A stretch of 64,000 bases of DNA from a virus, in IMG/VR virus record IMGVR_UViG_3300023063_000001, positions 19,572 to 83,571 of that record, one strand, 5' to 3'. Made by a program: the position numbers and the translations under genes. How positions within the stretch are numbered: position 1 is the stretch's first letter; each line of letters begins with the position of its first letter. The notes under the pieces were generated by a model that saw only the letters and a program-made list of their open reading frames with translations, searched no databases and had not been told where the DNA came from. Of the stretch, positions 29,674 to 39,180 are shown piece after piece.

Positions 29674-30207
29674 TTATCCTATGCTTTCTGGGATTTCATA
29701 ACGATCACCCGTGTTTTGATTTACGATTTTTACTTGTTTAATGTAATCCACAGATTGCTGCGTTATATACGCATAACTGAAAGTTACATCTTGAATAAAA
29801 GTTTGTATATATTTTGTATCACGAACTTGAGGAGCATTCCTGATAGATGATGTTCTCATCTTACCTAGATTATTCTCATTCATTCGTTCCCTATATATAG
29901 GGCTATTAAATCTTTGGGCAAAGTCATGAGCAAGATCACCTGCTGTACTTCCCTTGAAAGTAAACTGTACTTGAGCTTCATAGTTAGCAATAATATTTAA
30001 AAAGAAACTGTCACTATCTAGAGCAGTTTCAGAAGCTAGACTACTAACTTGCTCTCTCCCTATCTGATCAATACTAAGAATATGCATTCCTACATAAGGA
30101 TCTGTAGGCTCTGTTCCACCACCATACATCCAAATAACTTGTGATGTTGGGAACATAAAAGAAATAGTGTTATAAAGAGCACTTCTTAACTCTGTGTATG
30201 CAGCCAT
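29674..30207 (-). CDS. Tail terminator / neck protein
   Basis: QVIW..PTDPY; synteny. Confidence 0.65.
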   Translation of the reverse strand: MAAYTELRSALYNTISFMFPTSQVIWMYGGGTEPTDPYVGMHILSIDQIGREQVSSLASETALDSDSFFLNIIANYEAQVQFTFKGSTAGDLAHDFAQRFNSPIYRERMNENNLGKMRTSSIRNAPQVRDTKYIQTFIQDVTFSYAYITQQSVDYIKQVKIVNQNTGDRYEIPESIG

Positions 30208-30230
30208 TGGTGCTCCTTACTGGTTATTCA

Positions 30231-30716
30231 TCAAGACTTTCCTACCTCAAAAGACACGTTGTCTATGAGTTCGTGTGTTTTTACTAGGGGATTATTAAAA
30301 CCTTTTAACTGTATAGTTATACGGGAGTTGGGCGGTGTATCCCAAGCATCCATAGTACTCTGTAAGGCTTTTACAAAGGCAGGACCAAGCATGTTGTATG
30401 CTTTTAAAGCTGTGTCACCACTCACAACAGCATTGATAAGAGCTTTAAAGTTGGTAGCCGCTTTATCAGTCTTCATGTAGTCTCTAAACCCTACACGCAT
30501 GAAAGGTCTAGGTGGTGTATAAGTTCCGGGGAAAGCAGCACCTGCACCGTTAACATGCCCATCTTCATTGAGGCTGGCCACAAATGCATGTGGGAGGTTA
30601 TCGTTGTCTGGCCCATAATGGGTATTGAACCAACCTATACGAAGCTCTGTACTCTCTAAAGTGAGTAGCTGTTTCTTTAGTTTATCCCAACCACTTTTAT
30701 CAACTGTATAGTCCAT
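30231..30716 (-). CDS. Neck / tail completion protein
   Basis: PPRPFMR, PPNS.ITI.LKG.NNPLV. Confidence 0.75.
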   Translation of the reverse strand: MDYTVDKSGWDKLKKQLLTLESTELRIGWFNTHYGPDNDNLPHAFVASLNEDGHVNGAGAAFPGTYTPPRPFMRVGFRDYMKTDKAATNFKALINAVVSGDTALKAYNMLGPAFVKALQSTMDAWDTPPNSRITIQLKGFNNPLVKTHELIDNVSFEVGKS

Positions 30717-30724
30717 AAAACACC

Positions 30725-31099
30725 TCAGTTGGGAGAAAGTTCTACTCTTGCAGCACGGCCTTCATAGTGATCACGGATTTGCATAGTCCAAACACTAGTT
30801 GCCATAATCTCGTAAAGATCACCATTCCATGAGAATCTATCGGCCCCGTATTGCCCTTCTTTCTTTGATCTAATCAGATCAGATGTAAACACCCACATCC
30901 AACTTTTAGTTCTATCAGCTTCAGGAAGGAGCATCACTTGATAATCAGAGAAGGGGTGGATATTGGCATTGATAGTTACATCTTGCTCTACTCCTTCCAC
31001 CCAATTACCATTTACATAACTACCTAAAGCATGACGTTGAATAGTGACAGGGACGTTATTAACCAAAGAAAAACTTGCAGTAGTCATCGTATGTACCAC
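30725..31099 (-). CDS. Head closure (stopper) protein
   Basis: GSYVNGNWVEG, LPEADR; synteny. Confidence 0.7.
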   Translation of the reverse strand: MVHTMTTASFSLVNNVPVTIQRHALGSYVNGNWVEGVEQDVTINANIHPFSDYQVMLLPEADRTKSWMWVFTSDLIRSKKEGQYGADRFSWNGDLYEIMATSVWTMQIRDHYEGRAARVELSPN

Positions 31100-31557
31100 A
31101 ACGGCAAGTCAGGAACACCATAACGAAAGCGATCTAGCCAACCATAAGGAGAGCAACCATCCATCTCTACTTGTTGAGTTGTGTTGACGAGATTACCTTG
31201 ATAACCACTGCGATCATATTGATTAGAACGAACATCTTCTCTATCAATACCAGCAGCATAAGGCATTAAACTACCAAGCCCCAATGTAGGGTTTGATGTA
31301 ATATTAGAAAGAAGAAGTTTATACCACTCAATGGCATTGCTCCAAACTTCATAATGTCCTGCTGTTTCACGGATGATAGACTTATTCTTAGCAAGGTCAG
31401 CAAGCAAAGCATACAAGGCAAATATAGTTGCTTGCCTTACACTCTGACCACCCATATCCAAGAAGTATTGGATTTCATCATCAATGAATGTGAAAGGGGC
31501 TGTGCTATCACCTATAAAAATTCTAACACCCTGTATTGGAGTCAACATGGATGCCAT
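31084..31557 (-). CDS. Head-tail adaptor
   Basis: VRIFIGD..FIDDEIQYFL; PYAAGI. Confidence 0.75.
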   Translation of the reverse strand: MASMLTPIQGVRIFIGDSTAPFTFIDDEIQYFLDMGGQSVRQATIFALYALLADLAKNKSIIRETAGHYEVWSNAIEWYKLLLSNITSNPTLGLGSLMPYAAGIDREDVRSNQYDRSGYQGNLVNTTQQVEMDGCSPYGWLDRFRYGVPDLPLWYIR

Positions 31558-31566
31558 TTCAAATCC

Positions 31567-31863
31567 TTACGCTTTAATAGCGCGAATAATTTCATTGAGC
31601 TTATCAGCGATTGCAACGCTTGATGTTGAGCTTGTATCTTCAAACTCTTCAATACTAATCAAAGCTGCATACTTAACCCAAACAGCTTTCTTAACTTCTT
31701 CTTGCACTTTAGCTTTAACCCAGTCATAGTCAACTGAATCATCTGGAACATCTACAGTGTTGTTAATAGTTGTATCATTGATCACGATTTCAAGTTGGTC
31801 AATAAGGTCATTAACAGCAGAAGTAGGGCCAGCAAAACGACTTGGTTTAGTAAACCGTGGCAT
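31567..31863 (-). CDS. Hypothetical virion-associated protein
   Basis: GAGGA RBS; KLNEIIRAIK C-terminus. Confidence 0.55.
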   Translation of the reverse strand: MPRFTKPSRFAGPTSAVNDLIDQLEIVINDTTINNTVDVPDDSVDYDWVKAKVQEEVKKAVWVKYAALISIEEFEDTSSTSSVAIADKLNEIIRAIKA

Positions 31864-31888
31864 ATCTATTCCTCACATTTAGAGAATA

Positions 31889-31908
31889 AGGGGTCAGTTA
31901 AGACCCCT
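31889..31908 (-). terminator. Hairpin terminator after the major capsid gene
   Basis: GGGTC-TTAACT-GACCC then TTATTCT. Confidence 0.6.
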
Positions 31909-31924
31909 ATAAAACTCACTTATA

Positions 31925-32998
31925 TTAAGCGAGGTACAGACGTACTATGGCTTGTGGTCTAAGTACTGCGTTCAGCATGTTGGACTCAGACATGATTTCG
32001 ATCTTGTCCATCTTGTCGCCCATGTACTCAGCGTAGTACTGAGACTGACCAACAGTGTTAACTGAAGGGAAAGTCAGAGCAGGAGCGTAGTAGGTCTGGA
32101 ACATATCAGTCACACCCAATGGGAATGCATAAGCATCGCCAGCAGGAATGAAAGGCTGTACAGCACCGTTTTGGTCGGTGTAAGTACCACGATATTCAAC
32201 GAAGGTGATACCACCAAAGGTGAACACTTGATAACGAGCGTCAAGACCCATTGCACCAGTAGCCAGACGGTTAACCAAAGGATCTTGGTCACGGCGGAAG
32301 TACTTGTATACTTCGGTGATGTAAGGGTTGGTGATTAGAGCTTGGAACCAAGTTGGGGAACACAGAACAACAAAGTTTTCAACTACTTGACCATTCAACA
32401 GACCATCTTGTACAGCGGAGATGATTTGGTTGGTATAGGTCAGGGGATCGGTGTTAACGTTGGTGAGAGTGGTTGGAATCTCAGTACGGGTAACGCCAAA
32501 CTCGGTGTAGTAGTTGATGGTGTTGCCGTAGGTGGTGGCCATAGTACCACTTGGAGCATATACGCTACCTGAAGTGATAATCTGCATACGCGCTACTTCT
32601 GCAAGGTTGGCATAGCGCTGACGCAGGTTAGCCATCTTACGAAGACGTACAGTAGCTTGGGTTTCCAGTTCCAGACCTTGGGCAAAGTTAGTCCAAGAGA
32701 TGATACCTTGAAGGTCACGCGGGGTGATTTCAGTATCAAGTGGGAAGTGAGGAATCTTGAAAGGCATAACACCACGCTTTGAAGGCTTCAGAGCGGAGTT
32801 ACGTTCATCCCAGTTGCGGTCAACAGGCAAGCCATCAACTTCAGTGAGGGCACTAACCAAAACGGTGTCTTGGGTAACGCCTTGCTCATTGAACAGGCCC
32901 ATGGTGTTGAGAAGACCCCAGTGGTTTGGGATGTTCAGAAGTTGTTGTGTTAGTTCGGCAACCCGACCAGTGTTGTTGGGTAGAAAAGCAATAGCCAT
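31925..32998 (-). CDS. Major capsid protein (HK97 fold, lambda gpE-like)
   Basis: IPHFP, FGGITFVEYRG, AFPLG..YYAPA, SESN..RPQAIV; strong codon bias. Confidence 0.92.
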   Translation of the reverse strand: MAIAFLPNNTGRVAELTQQLLNIPNHWGLLNTMGLFNEQGVTQDTVLVSALTEVDGLPVDRNWDERNSALKPSKRGVMPFKIPHFPLDTEITPRDLQGIISWTNFAQGLELETQATVRLRKMANLRQRYANLAEVARMQIITSGSVYAPSGTMATTYGNTINYYTEFGVTRTEIPTTLTNVNTDPLTYTNQIISAVQDGLLNGQVVENFVVLCSPTWFQALITNPYITEVYKYFRRDQDPLVNRLATGAMGLDARYQVFTFGGITFVEYRGTYTDQNGAVQPFIPAGDAYAFPLGVTDMFQTYYAPALTFPSVNTVGQSQYYAEYMGDKMDKIEIMSESNMLNAVLRPQAIVRLYLA

Positions 32999-33026
32999 AG
33001 TATTTAGACTCTCTGATTAATTGTTA

Positions 33027-33446
33027 TTAGTAAGCAGTTTCAACAAGCACACCCTGAAGTTCCAGCAGACCACGAAGGGTCACAATCTGAGGGGCAGTGA
33101 GTTGAGTGTTGTTAGCTTTAATCAGGAAGTCAGAAAGAATGACTCCGCCACGAACGAAAGCAACAGCAGGGGTAGCGGTGGCAGCAACAATGTTCCAAGT
33201 GGAACGGAAGCTATAACGATCACCAAACACTACAGCGAAACGAGCACCGGTAGCAGTGAGGTCAGCAGCAACTACCAAGTGGTAGGAAACACCAGCATCG
33301 GTGGAAGCAACAACAGTACCCAGCGGGATAGCTTGTGCAGCAACAAAGTTAAGGCTGATAACTTTGCGAGCATAGCCAATGCTTGGTTCGTGTTCGTGTT
33401 GTACTAGGTCGCCAAGGACATAGAAGGTTTGATCTAGAAATGCCAT
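33027..33446 (-). CDS. Head decoration protein
   Basis: LGTVV..FVRG; between scaffold and MCP. Confidence 0.75.
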   Translation of the reverse strand: MAFLDQTFYVLGDLVQHEHEPSIGYARKVISLNFVAAQAIPLGTVVASTDAGVSYHLVVAADLTATGARFAVVFGDRYSFRSTWNIVAATATPAVAFVRGGVILSDFLIKANNTQLTAPQIVTLRGLLELQGVLVETAY

Positions 33447-33463
33447 TAGGAAGATTCCTCGTC

Positions 33464-34855
33464 TTATTTAGTTTTTGTTTTAAATTGTTCAGCGATCAAC
33501 TTTGCGAGATGATCTTCCATTGCTGGTGTAACAGCAGTGTCTACAACAGTGTCAGCACCCATTTCTTTAAACAGAGATGAATCACCAATCACTTTATTGC
33601 TCATTTCATGGCTAGCTACAACAGCGTCCATCTGAGCATCTGACAAACCATCAAGAGAGGCGAGCAGGGTTTTAGCTGCTTCATCACCAAGGACGGCTGA
33701 AAGTTTAGCGGTGCGAGCTTCTACAATAACAACTTTAGCAGCTAGTTCAGCAGTTTCTTTTTCTGCTTTGAACTGAGCTACAAATTCATTTGCTTCAGCA
33801 AGTTTAGCTTGAAGATCTACAACACCAGAAAGGGCTAGTTGCATTTCTTGTTCTTTAGTTTGAAAAGCTAGCTGAAGTGCGGACAATTCCGACTTAGCGA
33901 GTTCTAGTTCGTTCATGTCGAAACTCTCCAGAGACACTGATGTGTCTACGTTCTTGGTCATTTTAAATAGTTTGTCTTTTAGCATTGAAGAATCATTTCC
34001 TTTATTGCTTTGGGCTGTATCTGCTAAGTATTCGTAAAAATCCTCGATGGACATTACCTTATCTGCTAGACCAAGCTTCAAAGCGTCTCCGGAGAGAAAC
34101 GTCTTTGCTTCTGTGGCTCTAACTGCTTCTACAGAAATGCTGCGATTCTCAGCAACAAACTCTGTAAAACTGTCGTAGAGAATATCTACTTTTGATTGAA
34201 TATCTTCTAAGAATGCAGGTTTGAAAGATCCGTCATTTGCAAATGGGGTCTTGGATGCACCTGCCGTAATAAAGGTACGTTCATAACCTTCTTTCTCAAG
34301 AGCTTTACTATCATTAATTAACTGAACAACTACACCAATACTGCCTATATCACTTTGAACATTAGTAATAATTTGATCAGAAATAGCTGTAAGAGCATAG
34401 GCGGCGCTGGCACTTAAACCATCTACATAGCTTAATATCGTGACATCGTTGGCTTGTGCATAAGCTTTGATATAGTTAGCTGCATCAAACAAACCGTAAG
34501 CTGAGCCTCCACCACTATCAACCATGAATGCAATAGTCTTTGCACCATTATCAACTAGATAAGTAAAGTCAGCTTTAAGGTTCTGATAGCTAGTACCACC
34601 ACAATCCATTCCCATCATTGTAACGGGTTTATCTGTAAGTGGGCCTTGGATGTCCATAACGGCTACACCAAGATCAGAGTTAAATGAATAGCGGTTTGTA
34701 ACTTTGTTTGAAGGGCTGTCTTCATCGTCATCTAGTTTAAAATCACTAGCTTCACGACTGTCTAGATAATCCAAGACTGTTTCAAAGGATTGAAGATGCA
34801 TCAAATGAGGAGTGTTAGACAGCTTCTCTTTAATACGTAAAAGTTGATGAGCCAT
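33464..34855 (-). CDS. Prohead protease (S49) fused to scaffold; probable internal scaffold start at ATG 33916
   Basis: DSGGG, ASAAY, GSIGVV, GLAD; C-terminal coiled coil; GGAGAG RBS 7 nt before in-frame ATG 33916. Confidence 0.9.
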   Translation of the reverse strand: MAHQLLRIKEKLSNTPHLMHLQSFETVLDYLDSREASDFKLDDDEDSPSNKVTNRYSFNSDLGVAVMDIQGPLTDKPVTMMGMDCGGTSYQNLKADFTYLVDNGAKTIAFMVDSGGGSAYGLFDAANYIKAYAQANDVTILSYVDGLSASAAYALTAISDQIITNVQSDIGSIGVVVQLINDSKALEKEGYERTFITAGASKTPFANDGSFKPAFLEDIQSKVDILYDSFTEFVAENRSISVEAVRATEAKTFLSGDALKLGLADKVMSIEDFYEYLADTAQSNKGNDSSMLKDKLFKMTKNVDTSVSLESFDMNELELAKSELSALQLAFQTKEQEMQLALSGVVDLQAKLAEANEFVAQFKAEKETAELAAKVVIVEARTAKLSAVLGDEAAKTLLASLDGLSDAQMDAVVASHEMSNKVIGDSSLFKEMGADTVVDTAVTPAMEDHLAKLIAEQFKTKTK

Positions 34856-36376
34856 TTAATTTTCCTTATTTGAAGTAGATGAGTCTCCAGAGCTACCCGT
34901 TGCACTACCCGTACCTGAGGGAAGACCAGCCGCCAACCCTTCACCACTGGAACTGTCTGCTGGACCTAGAAGCTCATTAAGATCATCCTGACTCATATCC
35001 TCATCCACACGATCTGGAAGACCAATAATCTCAGCAATGTAGTTAATGTTCTTAGGGGTAGGGGCTACAAGACCGACAGCTTTAGTTCGTTGCAAAGCGC
35101 TAGAGAGTGCGTCAATATCCGTGGCGTCCACTTCACCATAGCAAAGCTTAGGCATATCTACAGGATTCCAACCATTAAGCTGTGCAAGCTGTTTAATCAC
35201 ATCATTATTGAATACATCTTGAATTTCCATCAAGGCTGTTTCAACTCGTGTGGCTACAATGCTTGTCTTGTTATCAGCAAGGCTAAAAGAACCTGTATTG
35301 TTCTGACCCATCTTCAACACATCAGCAAAGAATGACATTAGAATTTCTGTTGAATACCTGTCAATGACAGCACCAACATCAAAGCTTTTAGCTCCCGTAA
35401 CACCAGCCAACTCAAAGTTGAACATCTTGTTACCAGACTCATCATAGATGGTTGGAAGAATCAAACCCTCTTGTTCTTCACGATGTAAATTACGCATCAC
35501 TTTCTTTAGGTATTCGTAGGTGGCTTTATCAGAGTCAGAAGCACCTTCCACCATATATTGAACAGGGATAGAAAGAACTGGAAGCCCTCTCATATCCTTG
35601 CTTATACCAACAGCTTCAGCTTCTTCTAACGCCTTCTTGAACTTCCACGATTCCCAACAATAGATAAGAGGACTTTCACCTGTTGGGCTATTCTTACGAG
35701 CGTTGGTTCTAAACAACATAAACTTTTCACGGGGGATAAGAACTCCAGGTGAAATCTGTGTTGATTGAACAAACTGTGTAGTTGTTGGGTTATCTATGCC
35801 TGTGTTATTTACTTGCCACTGGCGAACACCTGTTACATTACGATTGTTAGCATCCATTTCCCAACGAGCAATAGTTTCTTGACCACGACAATAAATACCT
35901 TTAAGACCAATCAACCCATCGTTGTAATAAGAGCCATTAATCTTTAATCTTTTTCTAAAAACCTTTTCACAGAGCGAAAATCCGTAAGTGTTAAAAGAAA
36001 TAATCTCTTTAATTGTTTGAAAGAAACTTGTATCTAAGTCTTCAAAAAATACTTCTTCTAGAAACTTCTTTTTAGCTTTCTGATCTGGTGTGGCATTGTG
36101 AGGAACATCAAAGCTCCACTTAGTCTTGCTAATCATTGTTTCAACAAGCTGAATAGCAGAACTTACTGTTGCATCTTTACGCATCTGTTTAAATGTGTAA
36201 ATGCATTGTGGCCATTGCAATTCTTGTCTGTAGCCATCTAGGATATTGTTTCCTAGTTCTACACCCGGTTGACCAGATTCAGTGAACTTGAGACGTGGGA
36301 TTGTAGAATCCGTTCCCGTTGTTAATGTCGGCAACTCTGTAGTTGCCCCCACAGGAGCCTTTTTTGTTGCTGCCAT
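34856..36376 (-). CDS. Portal protein
   Basis: QMRKDATV, YGFS..EKV, PTGESPL, GSFSLAD; follows TerL. Confidence 0.9.
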   Translation of the reverse strand: MAATKKAPVGATTELPTLTTGTDSTIPRLKFTESGQPGVELGNNILDGYRQELQWPQCIYTFKQMRKDATVSSAIQLVETMISKTKWSFDVPHNATPDQKAKKKFLEEVFFEDLDTSFFQTIKEIISFNTYGFSLCEKVFRKRLKINGSYYNDGLIGLKGIYCRGQETIARWEMDANNRNVTGVRQWQVNNTGIDNPTTTQFVQSTQISPGVLIPREKFMLFRTNARKNSPTGESPLIYCWESWKFKKALEEAEAVGISKDMRGLPVLSIPVQYMVEGASDSDKATYEYLKKVMRNLHREEQEGLILPTIYDESGNKMFNFELAGVTGAKSFDVGAVIDRYSTEILMSFFADVLKMGQNNTGSFSLADNKTSIVATRVETALMEIQDVFNNDVIKQLAQLNGWNPVDMPKLCYGEVDATDIDALSSALQRTKAVGLVAPTPKNINYIAEIIGLPDRVDEDMSQDDLNELLGPADSSSGEGLAAGLPSGTGSATGSSGDSSTSNKEN

Positions 36377-36388
36377 TTTGGCTCCTAA

Positions 36389-37975
36389 TTAACGGATGTT
36401 GTTGAGAGGGTTACTGGTTCTTTCGAAACCAAAAGATTGCATGCCGGAGAGGAAGTTTGGTACAGTGCGTTTGGATGCTACAGCTTCGAAGGCATCCGAG
36501 CACGCATCACATAAATCATCGTGACCTGCCTCGCCACTACGACGGGTTCCATCAAACACCTCCACTTGATTGTAAAAAAAGGATAAATCATTGGTTACCC
36601 CGTTTTCAAAATCAGTAGCACAATTCTTTAGAATCTTCATACCACCGTTCATTACAATAGATGCAAAAGGCTTAAACCTATCAGCTTTTTTACCTTGTGC
36701 CCTTAACTGTCTGCACATAAAACCGGCTGATGAAATATCCCTAGATAAGACACTGTTTGTAAACTTAGCCCCAGGGCCTGGGTCCAAAGGGATAATTATA
36801 TCTGTCCTTTTCCCATCTTGATAAGCAGCTTCAAGGATAAAAGGTAGCCACTCTCCCGGAAGAATACGAGTCTGCTTGATGTCATGAATAAAATAAGTAC
36901 CATCTTTGAGGCGACTCATTTTCACTGAAACTGTATAGTCCGGAGAACTGTTCTTTTCACTTTTCTTGGAAAAGGCAAAATCATAAGCGCGGACTGTGCA
37001 ATCAATGTCTGTCCAAGCGGGTTCTTGACTTTCTTCAATGAACCACTCGCGGCGCACCATGCCTGAACCTTCTTCGCGGGCCTCCCACGAGCCATAAAGA
37101 AGAATTTCTTTTTGTACGCGTGGCAATCCTTCAAGGAATGCTATATAATTATCTTCAATGTATGGGTTGTCATAAACAGATGCTGAAATCCAAGCAAACG
37201 AAAGAGGTTTAATTTGCTTCTTATCCGTATCCGGCAACAAGTCGCCAAAGGAATCTCTTCGTCCATGTTTCTCAAACATCTGATCCCGAGATTCAGCCCA
37301 AATCATGTTGTTGCCGTCACGGATAAACCAGCGCACAACACCTTGTTTAGCTGGGTCAGGCCTGCCAAAGAACTCACTTCCCTCTGGATATAAGTACCAC
37401 CCAACCCACTTCTTCACCCAGCTATCAGGCGAGGGGTTCATGGTAGCCCTCATCACCGGTTTCATTTCTGCTTTTGTACGAAGGCGGGACAAAATATAAA
37501 GAAATTGACTTTCTTCAAACTGACAAAGTTCGTCTAGGACCGCTGAACTAATTTGTGCCCCTTGAAAATTGCCCGTATCATCAACACTTTCAAAGTGCGT
37601 AAAGGACACTTCAGCTTTCTTTTCTAAACCCTGCACCGGTCCAAAGTTAATCTTCATGTCCTTGATTCGAACACGAGCATTTTCATCAAAATCTTTATAT
37701 AGGCTTTTAGCTTCGTCCCAAATTGCTCCGGGTTTAGTAAGCATGGGGGTTGTTCGGCGAATCACAATACCCTTATAATTAGGTAAGTGAATATATTTCA
37801 TGTGATGAATAAGCGCGGCAAAAGTCTTCCCTCCGCCAGCTTGCCCCCCATAGAAGATTATATCAACTTCTTCACCTTCTTCTGTCGCATACTTACTACG
37901 TTTTCCTGTACCATCTCTTAGATTTAAGAAGAGGGCTTGAGGTCGGCTTGCGGGGGCAATAATTTGTCCTGACAT
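36389..37975 (-). CDS. terL: Terminase large subunit
   Basis: Walker A GGQAGGGKT, Walker B VLDE, TMNP, RAYDFA, HDDLCDA. Confidence 0.95.
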   Translation of the reverse strand: MSGQIIAPASRPQALFLNLRDGTGKRSKYATEEGEEVDIIFYGGQAGGGKTFAALIHHMKYIHLPNYKGIVIRRTTPMLTKPGAIWDEAKSLYKDFDENARVRIKDMKINFGPVQGLEKKAEVSFTHFESVDDTGNFQGAQISSAVLDELCQFEESQFLYILSRLRTKAEMKPVMRATMNPSPDSWVKKWVGWYLYPEGSEFFGRPDPAKQGVVRWFIRDGNNMIWAESRDQMFEKHGRRDSFGDLLPDTDKKQIKPLSFAWISASVYDNPYIEDNYIAFLEGLPRVQKEILLYGSWEAREEGSGMVRREWFIEESQEPAWTDIDCTVRAYDFAFSKKSEKNSSPDYTVSVKMSRLKDGTYFIHDIKQTRILPGEWLPFILEAAYQDGKRTDIIIPLDPGPGAKFTNSVLSRDISSAGFMCRQLRAQGKKADRFKPFASIVMNGGMKILKNCATDFENGVTNDLSFFYNQVEVFDGTRRSGEAGHDDLCDACSDAFEAVASKRTVPNFLSGMQSFGFERTSNPLNNIR

Positions 37976-38529
37976 TCAAACTCCTCAAGACTAAACCTTT
38001 TAAAAACAGACTCTATACAAGTTGAAGAAACATTATATTTAGCTGCAAAATCTTTTTGTAAAACACCTTCAACCCTTTTCTTGCAATTCGTAAGAATATC
38101 TATAACAGCTTCCTTGTCTAATTTAGCTAACTTACTTTCTAATTTAGAGGCTGTTACTTTAGTCAAACCCGTTGCAAGAGCATGTGATTTATTTTCAGCG
38201 TAGGTATTCCACTCAAGATTCTCTACTTGGTTGTTAGTCTTATTTCCATCAATATGGTTTATTGTAATCTTAGTTTCAGGATTAGGTATAAAAGATTTAG
38301 CAACTAGCCGATGGATCATACAAGTTTCCCTAACACCCTCTAAAGAATAAAAGTGTAGGGTTGGGTAGCCTGATGTACCAACTGAAAATTTAAGAATCTT
38401 TTCTTTATATGGGTAAACACGCCCATCTTTATAAATTATAGTTTTAGCTAAAGCTTTAACCCTACCTAAAGAACTAACTTGATATAAACCTTCATACCCT
38501 TGTATATCTTTCCAAACTTCTTCATTCAT
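37924..38529 (-). CDS. Free-standing HNH homing endonuclease (NUMOD4 + HNH_3)
   Basis: EVWKDIQGYEGLYQVSSLGRV; IHRLVA..INHIDGNKTNNQVENLEW; overlaps terL start by 52 nt. Confidence 0.9.
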   Translation of the reverse strand: MNEEVWKDIQGYEGLYQVSSLGRVKALAKTIIYKDGRVYPYKEKILKFSVGTSGYPTLHFYSLEGVRETCMIHRLVAKSFIPNPETKITINHIDGNKTNNQVENLEWNTYAENKSHALATGLTKVTASKLESKLAKLDKEAVIDILTNCKKRVEGVLQKDFAAKYNVSSTCIESVFKRFSLEEFECQDKLLPPQADLKPSS

Positions 38530-38559
38530 GTAATTTAGTCTCTTAATAAAAAGAAAACT

Positions 38560-38660
38560 GTGTGCCTCCCGGCAAGACATGAGTATAGGAGCGTTTCACA
38601 ACGAGTCCTGAATAGGTGAGGGCGTCATCCCGACGAGCCTCGGTGTTGCTTTTATACAAC
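38560..38660 (-). ncRNA. Structured leader with two related hairpins
   Basis: CGTC-GGGAT-GACG and AGGA..CGTT-GTGA-AACG..TCCT. Confidence 0.4.
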
Positions 38661-38663
38661 TCT

Positions 38664-39116
38664 TTACTCTTCACCACTCACATCATCAACACCGTCTTCA
38701 ACGGCCTTCAGATATTTCACCTGCATAACCGAGCGCTGGCGCCCCTTGACGCCTCGACTCTGAACTGCATCTTTGAAATCTTCCCACTCCATAGCCTCTA
38801 GATCTTCTGCTGTAAACACAGAGTCCTTCAAAGGAACAGGAATAGTATGAATCCCCGGTTCCATCCGTAGAGTCTTATCTGTCTCAATCACAAGACTTGC
38901 TGTCAACGGGAAACCTTTAAGACGTGGGAATGTATTGTCTTTCAATACAAACCCTTGCTTACCAAGCTCAAGAATCTTCTTTACAAAATCAACAGGGCTA
39001 CCCATTGATAAATTAACTGTTTGTTCTGCCACGTTTATTCTCCTTTGTTCTAGCTTGTGGGGAGAGTTTAACATTGATTTTACATCCCTGTCAATAGTCT
39101 GAGTGTTTATTTTCAA
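38664..39116 (-). CDS. Hypothetical protein with SAP-like C-terminus
   Basis: FTAEDLEAM..GVKGR pattern. Confidence 0.55.
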   Translation of the reverse strand: MKINTQTIDRDVKSMLNSPHKLEQRRINVAEQTVNLSMGSPVDFVKKILELGKQGFVLKDNTFPRLKGFPLTASLVIETDKTLRMEPGIHTIPVPLKDSVFTAEDLEAMEWEDFKDAVQSRGVKGRQRSVMQVKYLKAVEDGVDDVSGEE

Positions 39117-39137
39117 CTATTTTAATAGATTTATTAA

Positions 39138-39161
39138 ATAACACCCATCCTTAGATGTTAT
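39138..39161 (-). promoter_or_regulatory. AAGGAT-loop hairpin
   Basis: ATAACATCT-AAGGAT-GGGTGTTAT with G.U pairs only on the - strand. Confidence 0.45.
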
Positions 39162-39180
39162 CTATAAAGCTACTTTACTG

